Program-made: the position numbers and the translations under genes
Notes under the pieces: model-generated
Told to the model about the DNA's origin: nothing
The model's database searches: none
Seen by the model: the letters and a program-made list of their open reading frames with translations, nothing else
Origin: Eledone cirrhosa
Lineage: Eukaryota
Assembly: GCA_964016885.1 (NCBI GenBank)
Contig: CAXHJY010000096.1
Span: forward strand, 1,240,001 to 1,304,000
DNA length: 64,000 bases
Direction: 5' to 3'
Shown: in pieces, positions 21,540 to 34,500 of the stretch
How the letters are laid out: every line of letters begins with the position of its first letter
Numbering within the stretch: the first letter of the stretch is position 1

Positions 21540-24500
21540 GGCGTAGATAATTTGTAAAAAAAAATCAGGGGGAGATAATTTGTAAAAAAAAATCAGGGGG
21601 AGATAATTTGTTTAAAAAATCAAGGGGAGATAATTTGCAGCCGTCCAAGGGGAGATAATTTTCAGCCGTCCAAGGAGAGGTAATTTCTAGCCGTTCAAGG
21701 GGAGATAATGTCCAGCCGTCCAAGGGGAGATAATTTCCAGCCGTCCAAGGGGAGATAATTTTTTTTTAAAAATCAGGCGGAGATAATTTGTAAAAAAAAA
21801 TCAGGGGGAGATAATTCGTAAAAAAAAATCAGGGGGAGATAATTTGTAAAAAAAAATCAGGGGGAGATAATTTGTAAAAAAAATCAAGGGGAGATAATTT
21901 CCAGCCGTCCAAGGGGAGGTAATATCTAGCCGTCCAAGGGGAGATAATTTCCAGCCGTCCAAGGGGAGATAATTTCCAGCCGTCCAAGGGGAGATAATTT
22001 CCAGCCGTCCAAGGAGACATATTTTCCAGCCGTCCAAGGCGAGGTAATTTCTAGCCGTCCAAGGGGAGATAAATTCCAGCCTCCAAGGGGAGATAATTTC
22101 CAGCCAGCCAAGGGGAGATAATTTGTAAAAAAATCAGGGGGAGATAATTTGTAAAAAATATCAGGGAGATAATTTGTAAAAAAAAATCAGGGGGAGATAA
22201 TTTGTAAAAAAAATCAGGGGGAGATAATTTGTAAAAAAAAATCAGGGGGAGATAATTTGTAAAAAAAATCAAGGGGAGATAATTTCCAGCCGTCCAAGGG
22301 GAGATAATTTTCAGCCGTCCAAAGAGAGGTAATTTCTAACCGTCCGAGGAGAGATAATTTCCAGCCGTCCAAGGGGAGATAATTTCCAGCCGTCCAAGGG
22401 GAGATAATTTCCAGCCGTCCAAGGAGACATATTTTCCAGCCGTCCAAGGAGAGGTAATTTCTAGCCGTCCAAGGGGAGATAAATTCCAGCCTCCAAGGGG
22501 AGATAATTTCCAGCCAGCCAAATGGAGATAATTTGTAAAAAAATCAGGGGGAGATAATTTGCAAAAAAAATCAGGGGGAGATAATTTGTAAAAAATAATC
22601 AGGGGGAGATAATTTCCAGCCGTCCAAGGGGAGATAATTTTAAAAAAAATCAGGCGGAGATAATTTGTAAAAAAAAATCAGGGGGAGATAATTTGTAAAA
22701 AAAAATCAGGGGGAGATAATTTGTAAAAAAAATCAAGGGGAGATAATTTCCAGCCGTCCAAGGGAAGATAATTTCCAGCCCTCCAAGGGGCTATAATTTC
22801 CAGTGTCCAAGGGGAGATAATTTCCAGCCAGCGAAGGGGAGATAATTTTTTTTAAAAAATCATTGGGAGATTTGTAAAAAAAATCAGGGGGAGATAATTT
22901 GTAAAAAAAATCAAGGGGAGATAATTTCCAGCCGTCCAAGGGGAGGTAATATCTAGCCGTCCAAGGGGAGATAATTTCCAGCCGTCCAAGGGGAGATAAT
23001 TTCCAGCCGTCCCAGGGTAGATAATATCCAGCCGCCCAAGGACATATTTTCCAGCCGTCCAAGGAGAGGTAATTTCTAGCCGTCCAAGGGGAGATAAATT
23101 CCAGCCTCCAAGGGGAGATAATTTCCAGCCAGCCAAGGGGAGATAATTTGTAAAAAAATCAGGGGGAGATAATTTGTAAAAAAAATCAGGGGGAGATAAT
23201 TTGTAAAAAAAAATCAGGGGGAGATAATTTGTAAAAAAAAATCAGGGGGAGATAATTTGCAAAAAAAATCAGGGGTAGATAATTTGTAAAAAAAAATCAG
23301 GGGTAGATAATTTGTAAAAAAAAATCAGGGGGAGATAATTTGTAAAAAAAAAATCAGGGGGAGATAATTTGTAAAAAAAATCAAGGGGAGATAATTTCCA
23401 GCCGTCCAAGGAGAGATAATTTTAAAAAAAATCAGGCGGAGATAATTTGTAAAAAAAAATCAGGGGGAGATAATTTGTAAAAAAAATCAGGGGGAGATAA
23501 TTTGTAAAAAAAAATCAGGGGTAGATAATTTGTAAAAAAAAATCAGGGGGAGATAATTTGTAAAAAAAAATCAGGGGGAGATAATTTGTAAAAAAAATCA
23601 AGGGGAGATAATTTCCAGCCGTCCAAGGAGAGATAATTTTAAAAAAAATCAGGCGGAGATAATTTGTAAAAAAAAATTAGGGGGAGATAATTTGTAAAAA
23701 AAAATCAGGGGGAGATAATTTGTAAAAAAAATCAAGGGGAGATAATTTCCAGCCGTCCAAGGGGAGATAATTTTCAGCCGTCCAAGGGGAGATAATTTCC
23801 CGCCAGCCAAGGGAAGATAATATTCAAAAAAATCAGGCGGAGATAATTTGTAAAAAAAATCAGGGGGAGATAATTTGTAAAAAAATCAGGGGGAGATAAT
23901 TTGTAAAAAAAAAAATCAGGGGGAGATAATTTGTAAAAAAAATCAGGGGGAGATAATTTGTAAAAAAAAATCAGGGGTAGATAATTTGTAAAAAAAAATC
24001 AGGGGGAGATAATTTGTAAAAAAAAATCAGGGGGAGATAATTTGTAAAAAAAATGAAAGGGGAGATAATATCCAGCCGTCCAAGGGGAGATAATTTCCAG
24101 CCGTCCAAGGGGAGATAATTTCCAGCCGTCCAAGGGGAGATAATTTCCATCCTTCCAAGGGGATATAATTTCCAGCCGTCCAAGGGGAGATAATTTCCAT
24201 CCTTCCAAGGGGTTATAATTTCCAGCCGTCCAAGGGGAGATAATTTTCAGCCGTCCAAGGAGAGGTAATTTCTAGCCGTCCAAGGAGAGATAATTTCCAG
24301 CCGTCCAAGGGGAGATAATTTCCAGCCGTCCAAGGGGAGATAATTTCCAGCCGTCCAAGGAGACATATTTTCCAGCCGTCCAAGGAGAGGTAATTCCTAG
24401 CCGTCCAAGGGGAGATAAATTCCAGCCTCCAAGGGGAGATAATTTCCAGCCAGCCAAGGGGAGATAATTTGTAAAAAAAATCAGGGGGAGATAATTTGTA

Positions 24501-27500
24501 AAAAAAATCAGGGGGAGATAATTTGTAAAAAAAAATCAGGGGGAGATAATTTGTAAAAAATAATCAGGGGGAGATAATTTGTAAAAAAAATCAAGGGGAG
24601 ATAATTTCCAGCCGTCCAAGGGGAGATAATTTTCAGCCGTCCAAGGGGAGATAATTTCCCGCCAGCCAAGGGAAGATAATATTTAAAAAAATTAGGCGGA
24701 GATAATTTGTAAAAAAAATCAGGGGGAGATAATTTGTAAAAAAATCAGGGGGAGATAATTTGTAAAAAAAATCAGGGGGAGATAATTTGTAAAAAAAATC
24801 AGGGGGAGATAATTTGTAAAAAAAAATCAGGGGGAGATAATTTGTAAAAAAAATCAAGGGGAGATAATTTCCAGCCGTCCAAGGGAAGATAATTTCCAGC
24901 CCTCCAAGGGGCTATAATTTCCAGCGTCCAAGGGGAGATAATTTCCAGCCAGCGAAGGGGAGATAATTTTTTTTAAAAAATCATTGGGAGATTTGTAAAA
25001 AAAATCAGGGGGAGATAATTTGTAAAAAAAATCAAGGGGAGATAATTTCCAGCCGTCCAAGGGGAGGTAATAACTAGCCGTCCAAGGGGAGATAATTTCC
25101 AGCCGTCCAAGGGGAGATAATTTCCAGCCGTCCAAGGGTAGATAATATCCAGCCGTCCAAGGACATATTTTCCAGCCGTCCAAGGAGAGGTAATTTCTAG
25201 CCGTCCAAGGGGAGATAAATTCCAGCCTCCAAGGTGAGATAATTTCCAGCCAGCCAAGGGGAGATAATTTGTAAAAAAATCAGGGGGAGATAATTTGTAA
25301 AAAAAATCAGGGGGAGATAATTTGTAAAAAAAAATCAGGGGGAGATAATTTGTAAAAAAAAATCAGGGGGAGATAATTTGTAAAAAAAAATCAGGGGGAG
25401 ATAATTTGTAAAAAAATCAAGGGGAGATAATTTCCAGCCGTCCAAGGGGAGATAATTTTCAGCCGTCCAAGGGGAGATAATTTCCCGCCAGCCAAGGGAA
25501 GATAATATTTGAAAAAATCAGGCGGAGATAATTTGTAAAAAAAATCAGGGGGAGATAATTTGTAAAAAAATCAGGGGAGATAATTTGTAAAAAAAAAATC
25601 AGGGCGAGATAATTTGTAAAAAGAATCAGGGGGAGATAATTTGTAAAAAAAAATCAGGGGTAGATAAATTGTAAAAAAAAATCAGGGGGAGATAATTTGT
25701 AAAAAAAATCAGGGGGAGATAATTTGTAAAAAAAATGAAAGGGGAGATAATATCCAGCCGTCCAAGGGGAGATAATTTCCAGCCGTCCAAGGGGAGATAA
25801 TTTCCAGCCGTCCAAGGGGAGATAATTTCCATCCTTCCAAGGGGATATAATTTCCAGCCGTCCAAGGGGAGATAATTTCCCGCCAGCCAAGGGAAGATAA
25901 TTTTTAAAAAAATCAGGCGGAGATTGTAAAAAAAATCAGGGGGGAGATAATTTGTAAAAAAATCAGGGGGAGATAATTTGTAAAAAAAAATCAGGGGGAG
26001 ATAATTTGTAAAAAATATTCAGGGGGAGATAATTTGTAAAAAAAATCAAGGGGAGATAATTTCCAGCCGTCCAAGGGGAGATAATTTCCCGCCAGCCAAG
26101 GGAAGATAATATTTAAAAAAATTAGGCGGAGATAATTTGTAAAAAAAATCAGGGGGAGATAATTTGTAAAAAAATCAGGGGGAGATAATTTGTAAAAAAA
26201 ATCAGGGGGAGATAATTTGTAAAAAAATTCATGGGGAGATAATTTGTAAAAAAAAATCAGGGGTAGATAATTTGTAAAAAAAAATCAGGGGGAGATAATT
26301 TGTAAAAAAAAATCAGGGGGAGATAATTTGTAAAAAAAATCAAGGGGAGATAATTTCCAGCCGTCCAAGGGGAGATAATTTTCAGCCGTCCAAGGAGAGG
26401 TAATTTCTAGCCGTCCAAGGGGAGATAATTTCCAGCCGTCCAAGGGGAGGTAATTTCCAGCCGTCCAAGGGGAGATAATTTAAAAAAAAAAATCAGTCGG
26501 AGATAATTTGTAAAAAAAATCAAGGGGAGATAATTTGCAGCCGTCCAAGGGGAGATAATTTTCAGTCGTCCAAGGAGAGGTAATTTCTAGCCGTCCAAGG
26601 GGAGATAATTGCCAGCCGTCCAAGGGGAGATAATTTCCAGCCGTCCAAGGGGAGATAATTTTTTTTAAAAAATCAGGCGGAGATAATTTGTAAAAAAAAT
26701 CAGGGGGAGATAATTTGTAAACAAAATCAGGGGGAGATAATTTGTAAAAAAAAATCAGGGGGAGATAATTTGTAAAAAAAATCATGGAGAGATAATTTCC
26801 AGCCGTCCAAGGTGAGATAATTTCCAGCCGTCCAAGGAGACATATTTTCCAGCCGTCCAAGGCGAGGTAATTTCTAGCCGTCCAAGGGGAGATAAATTCC
26901 AGCCTCCAAGGGGAGATAATTTCCAGCTAGCCAAGTGGAGATAATTTGTAAAAAAATCAGGGGGAGATAATTTGTAAAAAATATCAGGGAGATAATTTGT
27001 AAAAAAAAATCAGGGGGAGATAAATTGTAAAAAAAATCAGGGGGAGATAATTTGTAAAAAAAAATCAGGGGGAGATAATTTGTAAAAAAAATCAAGGGGA
27101 GATAATTTCCAGCCGTCCAAGGGGAGATAATTTTCAGCCGTCCAAGGGGAGATAATTTCCCGCCAGCCAAGGGAAGATAATATTTAAAAAAATCAGGCGG
27201 AGATAATTTGTAAAAAAAATCAGGGGGAGATAATTTGTAAAAAAATCAGGGGGAGATAATTTGTAAAAAAAAAATCAGGGGGAGATAATTTGTAAAAAAA
27301 ATCAGGGGGAGATAATTTGTAAAAAAAAATCAGGGATAGATAATTTGTAAACAAAAATCAGGGGGAGATAATTTGTAAAAAAAAATCAGGGGGAGATAAT
27401 TTGTAAAAAAAATGAAAGGGGAGATAATATCCAGCCGTCCAAGGGGAGATAATTTCCAGCCGTCCAAGGGGATATAATTTCCAGCCGTCCAAGGGGAGAT

Positions 27501-28569
27501 AATTTCCATCCTTCCAAGGGGATATAATTTCCAGCCGTCCAAGGGGAGATAATTTCCCGCCAGCCAAGGGAAGATAATTTTTAAAAAAATCAGGCGGAGA
27601 TTGTAAAAAAAATCAGGGGGGAGATAATTTGTAAAAAAATCAGGGGGAGATAATTTGTAAAAAATAATCAGCGGGAGATAATTTGTAAAAAAATTCAAGG
27701 GGAGATAATTTCCAGCCGTCCAAGGGGAGATAATTTCCCGCCAGCCAAGGGAAGATAATATTTAAAAAAATTAGGCGGAGATAATTTGTAAAAAAAATCA
27801 GGGGGAGATAATTTGTAAAAAAATCAGGGGGAGATAATTTGTAAAAAAAATCAGGGGGAGATAATTTGTAAAAAAAATCATGGGGAGATAATTTGTAAAA
27901 AAAAATCAGGGGTAGATAATTTGTAAAAAAAAATCAGGGGGAGATAATTTGTAAAAAAAAATCAGGGGGAGATAATTTGTAAAAAAAATCAAGGGGAGAT
28001 AATATCCAGCCGTCCAAGGAGAGATAATTTAAAAAAAAAATGAGGCGGAGATAATTTGTAAAAAAAAAATCAGGGGGAGTTAATTTGTAAAAAAAAATGA
28101 GGGGGAGATAATTTGTAAAAAAAATCAAGGGGAGATAATTTCCAGCCGTCCAAGGGGAGATAATTTTCAGCCGTCCAAGGAGAGGTAATTTCTAGCCGTC
28201 CAAGGGGAGATAATTTCCAGCCGTCCAAGGGGAGGTAATTTCCAGCCGTCCAAGGGGAGATAATTTTAAAAAAAAAATCAGGCGGAGATAATTTGTAAAA
28301 AAAATCAAGGGGAGATAATTTGCAGCCGTCCAAGGGGAGATAATTTTCAGTCGTCCAAGGAGAGGTAATTTCTAGCCGTCCAAGGGGAGATAATTTCCAG
28401 CCGTCCAAGGGGAGATAATTTCCAGCCGTCCAAGGGGAGATAATTTTTTTTAAAAAATCAGGCGGAGATAATTTGTAAAAAAAATCAGGGGGAGATAATT
28501 TGTAAACAAAATCAGGGGGAGATAATTTGTAAAAAAAAATCAGGGGGAGATAATTTGTAAAAAAAATTA
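21540..28569 (+). repeat. HOR unit, 7030 bp (phased on the once-per-HOR marker GGCGTAG)
   Basis: Marker at 21540 and 28570. ORF offsets 21801/28831, 22051/29081 and 22214/29244 are all 7030. Confidence 0.9.
24059..24457 (+). repeat. Longest type-B run (16 monomers, 399 bp), containing the doubled CCATCCTTCC/GGATAT variant pair
   Basis: Counted from TGAAAGGGG to CCAGCCAGCCAA. Homologous runs start near 11243, 15166, 17897, 31077, 34410, 41403, 48366, 54427, 60387, 61462 and 62293. Confidence 0.85.
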
Positions 28570-31500
28570 GGCGTAGATAATTTGTAAAAAAAAATCAGGG
28601 GGAGATAATTTGTAAAAAAAAATCAGGGGGAGATAATTTGTTTAAAAAATCAAGGGGAGATAATTTGCAGCCGTCCAAGGGGAGATAATTTTCAGCCGTC
28701 CAAGGAGAGGTAATTTCTAGCCGTTCAAGGGGAGATAATTTCCAGCCGTCCAAGGGGAGATAATTTCCAGCCGTCCAAGGGGAGATAATTTTTTTTAAAA
28801 AATCAGGCGGAGATAATTTGTAAAAAAAAATCAGGGGGAGATAATTCGTAAAAAAAAATCAGGGGGAGATAATTTGTAAAAAAAAATCAGGGGGAGATAA
28901 TTTGTAAAAAAAATCAAGGGGAGATAATTTCCAGCCGTCCAAGGGGAGGTAATATCTAGCCGTCCAAGGGGAGATAATTTCCAGCCGTCCAAGGGGAGAT
29001 AATTTCCAGCCGTCCAAGGGGAGATAATTTCCAGCCGTCCAAGGAGACATATTTTCCAGCCGTCCAAGGCGAGGTAATTTCTAGCCGTCCAAGGGGAGAT
29101 TAATTCCAGCCTCCAAGGGGAGATAATTTCCAGCCAGCCAAGGGGAGATAATTTGTAAAAAAATCAGGGGGAGATAATTTGTAAAAAATATCAGGGAGAT
29201 AATTTGTAAAAAAAAATCAGGGGGAGATAATTTGTAAAAAAAATCAGGGGGAGATAATTTGTAAAAAAAAATCAGGGGGAGATAATTTGTAAAAAAAATC
29301 AAGGGGAGATAATTTCCAGCCGTCCAAGGGGAGATAATTTTCAGCCGTCCAAGGAGAGGTAATTTCTAACCGTCCGAGGAGAGATAATTTCCAGCCGTCC
29401 AAGGGGAGATAATTTCCAGCCGTCCAAGGGGAGATAATTTCCAGCCGTCCAAGGAGACATATTTTCCAGCCGTCCAAGGAGAGGTAATTTCTAGCCGTCC
29501 AAGGGGAGATAAATTCCAGCCTCCAAGGGGAGATAATTTCCAGCCAGCCAAGGGGAGATAATTTGTAAAAAAATCAGGGGGAGATAATTTGCAAAAAAAA
29601 TCAGGGGGAGATAATTTGCAAAAAAAATCAGGGGGAGATAATTTGTAAAAAATAATCAGGGGGAGATAATTTCCAGCCGTCCAATGAAGATAATTTCCAG
29701 CCCTCCAAGGGGCTATAATTTCCAGTGTCCAAGGGGAGATAATTTCCAGCCAGCGAAGGGGAGATAATTTTTTTTAAAAAATCATTGGGAGATTTGTAAA
29801 AAAAATCAGGGGGAGATAATTTGTAAAAAAAATCAAGGGGAGATAATTTCCAGCCGTCCAAGGGGAGGTAATATCTAGCCGTCCAAGGGTAGATAATTTC
29901 CATCCGTCCAACGGGAGATAATTTCCAGCCGTCCAAGGGTAGATAATATCCAGCCGCCCAAGGACATATTTTCCAGCCGTCCAAGGAGAGGTAATTTCTA
30001 GCCGTCCAAGGGGAGATAATTTCCAGCCGTCCAAGGGTAGATAATATCCAGCCGTCCAAGGACATATTTTCCAGCCGTCCAAGGAGAGGTAATTTCTAGC
30101 CGTCCAAGGGGAGATAAATTCCAGCCTCCAAGGGGAGATAATTTCCAGCCAGCCAAGGGGAGATAATTTGTAAAAAAATCAGGGGGAGATAATTTGTAAA
30201 AAAAATCAGGGGGAGATAATTTGTAAAAAAAAATCAGGGGGAGATAATTTGTAAAAAAAAATCAGGGTGAGATAATTTGCAAAAAAAATCAGGGGGAGAT
30301 AATTTGTAAAAGAAAATCAGGGGTAGATAATTTGTAAAAAAAAATCAGGGGGAGATAATTTGTAAAAAAAAATCAGGGGGAGATAATTTGTAAAAAAAAT
30401 CAAGGGGAGATAATTTCCAGCCGTCCAAGGAGAGATAATTTAAAAAAAAATCAGGCGGAGATAATTTGTAAAAAAAAATCAGGGGGAGATAATTTGTAAA
30501 AAAAATCAGGGGGAGATAATTTGTAAAAAAAAATCAGGGGTAGATAATTTGTAAAAAAAAATCAGGGGGAGATAATTTGTAAAAAAAAATCAGGAGGAGA
30601 TAATTTGTAAAAAAAATCAAGGGGAGATAATTTCCAGCCGTCCAAGGAGAGATAATTTAAAAAAAAATCAGGCGGAGATAATTTGTAAAAAAAAATCAGG
30701 GGGAGATAATTTGTAAAAAAAAATCAGGGGGAGATAATTTGTAAAAAAAATCAAGGGGAGATAATTTCCAGCCGTCCAAGGGGAGATAATTTTCAGCCGT
30801 CCAAGGGGAGATAATTTCCCGCCAGCCAAGGGAAGATAATATTCAAAAAAATCAGGCGGAGATAATTTGTAAAAAAAATCAGGGGGAGATAATTTGTAAA
30901 AAAATCAGGGGGAGATAATTTGTAAAAAAAAAAATCAGGGGGAGATAATTTGTAAAAAAAATCAGGGGGAGATAATTTGTAAAAAAAATCAGGGGTAGAT
31001 AATTTGTAAAAAAAAATCAGGGGGAGATAATTTGTAAAAAAAAATCAGGGGGAGATAATTTGTAAAAAAAATGAAAGGGGAGATAATATCCAGCCGTCCA
31101 AGGGGAGATAATTTCCAGCCGTCCAAGGGGAGATAATTTCCAGCCGTCCAAGGGGAGATAAATTCCATCCTTCCAAGGGGATATAATTTCCAGCCGTCCA
31201 AGGGGAGATAATTTCCATCCTTCCAAGGGGATATAATTTCCAGCCGTCCAAGGGGAGATAATTTTCAGCCGTCCAAGGAGAGGTAATTTCTAGCCGTCCA
31301 AGGAGAGATAATTTCCAGCCGTCCAAGGGGAGATAATTTCCAGCCGTCCAAGGGGAGATAATTTCCAGCCGTCCAAGGAGACATATTTTCCAGCCGTCCA
31401 AGGAGAGGTAATTCCTAGCCGTCCAAGGGGAGATAAATTCCAGCCTCCAAGGGGAGATAATTTCCAGCCAGCCAAGGGGAGATAATTTGTAAAAAAAATC

Positions 31501-34500
31501 AGGGGGAGATAATTTGTAAAAAAAATCAGGGGGAGATAATTTGTAAAAAAAAATCAGGGGTAGATAATTTGTAAAAAATAATCAGGGGGAGATAATTTGT
31601 AAAAAAAATCAAGGGGAGATAATTTCCAGCCGTCCAAGGGGAGATAATTTTCAGCCGTCCAAGGGGAGATAATTTCCCGCCAGCCAAGGGAAGATAATAT
31701 TTAAAAAAATTAGGCGGAGATAATTTGTAAAAAAAATCAGGGGGAGATAATTTGTAAAAAAATCAGGGGGAGATAATTTGTAAAAAAAATCAGGGGGAGA
31801 TAATTTGTAAAAAAAATCAGGGGGAGATAATTTGTAAAAAAAAATCAGGGGGAGATAATTTGTAAAAAAAATCAAGGGGAGATAATTTCCAGCCGTCCAA
31901 GGGAAGATAATTTCCAGCCCTCCAAGGGGCTATAATTTCCAGCGTCCAAGGGGAGATAATTTCCAGCCAGCGAAGGGGAGATAATTTTTTTAAAAAAATC
32001 ATTGGGAGATTTGTAAAAAAAATCAGGGGGAGATAATTTGTAAAAAATATCAAGGGGAGATAATTTCCAGCCGTCCAAGGGGAGGTAATATCTAGCCGTC
32101 CAAGGGGAGATAATTTCCAGCCGTCCAAGGGGAGATAATTTCCAGCCGTCCAAGGGTAGATAATATCCAGCCGTCCAAGGACATATTTTCCAGCCGTCCA
32201 AGGAGAGGTAATTTCTAGCCGTCCAAGGGGAGATAAATTCCAGACTCCAAGGTGAGATAATTTCCAGCCAGCCAAGGGGAGATAATTTGTAAAAAAATCA
32301 GGGGGAGATAATTTGTAAAAAAAATCAGGGGGAGATAATTTGTAAAAAAAAATCAGGGGGAGATAATTTGTAAAAAAAAATCAGGGGGAGATAATTTGTA
32401 AAAAAAAATCAGGGGGAGATAATTTGTAAAAAAATCAAGGGGAGATAATTTGTAAAAAGAATCAGGGGGAGATAATTTGTAAAAAAAAATCAGGGGTAGA
32501 TAAATTGTAAAAAAAAATCAGGGGGAGATAATTTGTAAAAAAAATCAGGGGGAGATAATTTGTAAAAAAAATGAAAGGGGAGATAATATCCAGCCGTCCA
32601 AGGGGAGATAATTTCCAGCCGTCCAAGGGGAGATAATTTCCAGCCGTCCAAGGGGAGATAATTTCCATCCTTCCAAGGGGATATAATTTCCAGCCGTCCA
32701 AGGGGAGATAATTTCCCGCCAGCCAAGGGAAGATAATTTTTAAAAAAATCAGGCGGAGATTGTAAAAAAATCAGGGGGGAGATAATTTGTAAAAAAATCA
32801 GGGGAAGATAATTTGTAAAAAAAAATCAGGGGGAGATAATTTGTAAAAAATAATCAGGGGGAGATAATTTGTAAAAAAAAATCAAGGGGAGATAATTTCC
32901 AGCCGTCCAAGGGGAGATAATTTCCCGCCAGCCAAGGGAAGATAATATTTAAAAAAATTAGGCGGAGATAATTTGTAAAAAAAATCAGGGGGAGATAATT
33001 TGTAAAAAAATCAGGGGGAGATAATTTGTAAAAAAAAATCAGGGGTAGATAATTTGTAAAAAAAAATCAGGGGGAGATAATTTGTAAAAAAAAATCAGGG
33101 GGAGATAATTTGTAAAAAAAATCAAGGGGAGATAATTTCCAGCCGTCCAAGGGGAGATAATTTTCAGCCCTCCAAGGGGCTATAATTTCCAGCGTCCAAG
33201 GGGAGATAATTTCCAGCCAGCGAAGAGGAGATAATTTTTTTTAAAAAATCATTGGGAGATTTGTAAAAAAAATCAGGGGGAGATAATTTGTAAAAAAAAT
33301 CAAGGGGAGATAATTTCCAGCCGTCCAAGGGGAGGTAATATCTAGCCGTCCAAGGGTAGATAATTTCCAGCCGTCCAACGGGAGATAATTTCCAGCCGTC
33401 CAAGGGTAGATAATATCCAGCCGCCCAAGGACATATTTTCCAGCCGTCCAAGGAGAGGTAATTTCTAGCCGTCCAAGGGGAGATAATTTCCAGCCGTCCA
33501 AGGGTAGATAATATCCAGCCGTCCAAGGACATATTTTCCAGCCGTCCAAGGAGAGGTAATTTCTAGCCGTCCAAGGGGAGATAAATTCCAGCCTCCAAGG
33601 GGAGATAATTTCCAGCCAGCCAAGGGGAGATAATTTGTAAAAAAATCAGGGGGAGATAATTTGTAAAAAAAATCAGGGGGAGATAATTTGTAAAAAAAAA
33701 TCAGGGGGAGATAATTTGTAAAAAAAAATCAGGGTGAGATAATTTGCAAAAAAAATCAGGGGGAGATAATTTGTAAAAAAAAATCAGGGGTAGATAATTT
33801 GTAAAAAAAAATCAGGGGGAGATAATTTGTAAAAAAAAATCAGGGGGAGATAATTTGTAAAAAAAATCAAGGGGAGATAATTTCCAGCCGTCCAAGGAGA
33901 GATAATTTAAAAAAAAATCAGGCGGAGATAATTTGTAAAAAAAAATCAGGGGGAGATAATTTGTAAAAAAAATCAGGGGGAGATAATTTGTAAAAAAAAA
34001 TCAGGGGTAGATAATTTGTAAAAAAAAATCAGGGGGAGATAATTTGTAAAAAAAAATCAGGAGGAGATAATTTGTAAAAAAAATCAAGGGGAGATAATTT
34101 CCAGCCGTCCAAGGGGAGATAATTTTCAGCCGTCCAAGGGGAGATAATTTCCCGCCAGCCAAGGAAAGATAATATTCAAAAAAATCAGGCGGAGATAATT
34201 TGTAAAAAAAATCAGGGGGAGATAATTTGTAAAAAAATCAGGGGGAGATAATTTGTAAAAAAAAAAATCAGGGGGAGATAATTTGTAAAAAAAATCAGGG
34301 GGAGATAATTTGTAAAAAAAATCAGGGGTAGATAATTTGTAAAAAAAAATCAGGTGGAGATAATTTGTAAAAAAAAATCAGGGGGAGATAATTTGTAAAA
34401 AAAATGAAAGGGGAGATAATATCCAGCCGTCCAAGGGGAGATAATTTCCAGCCGTCCAAGGGGAGATAATTTCCAGCCGTCCAAGGGGAGATAATTTCCA

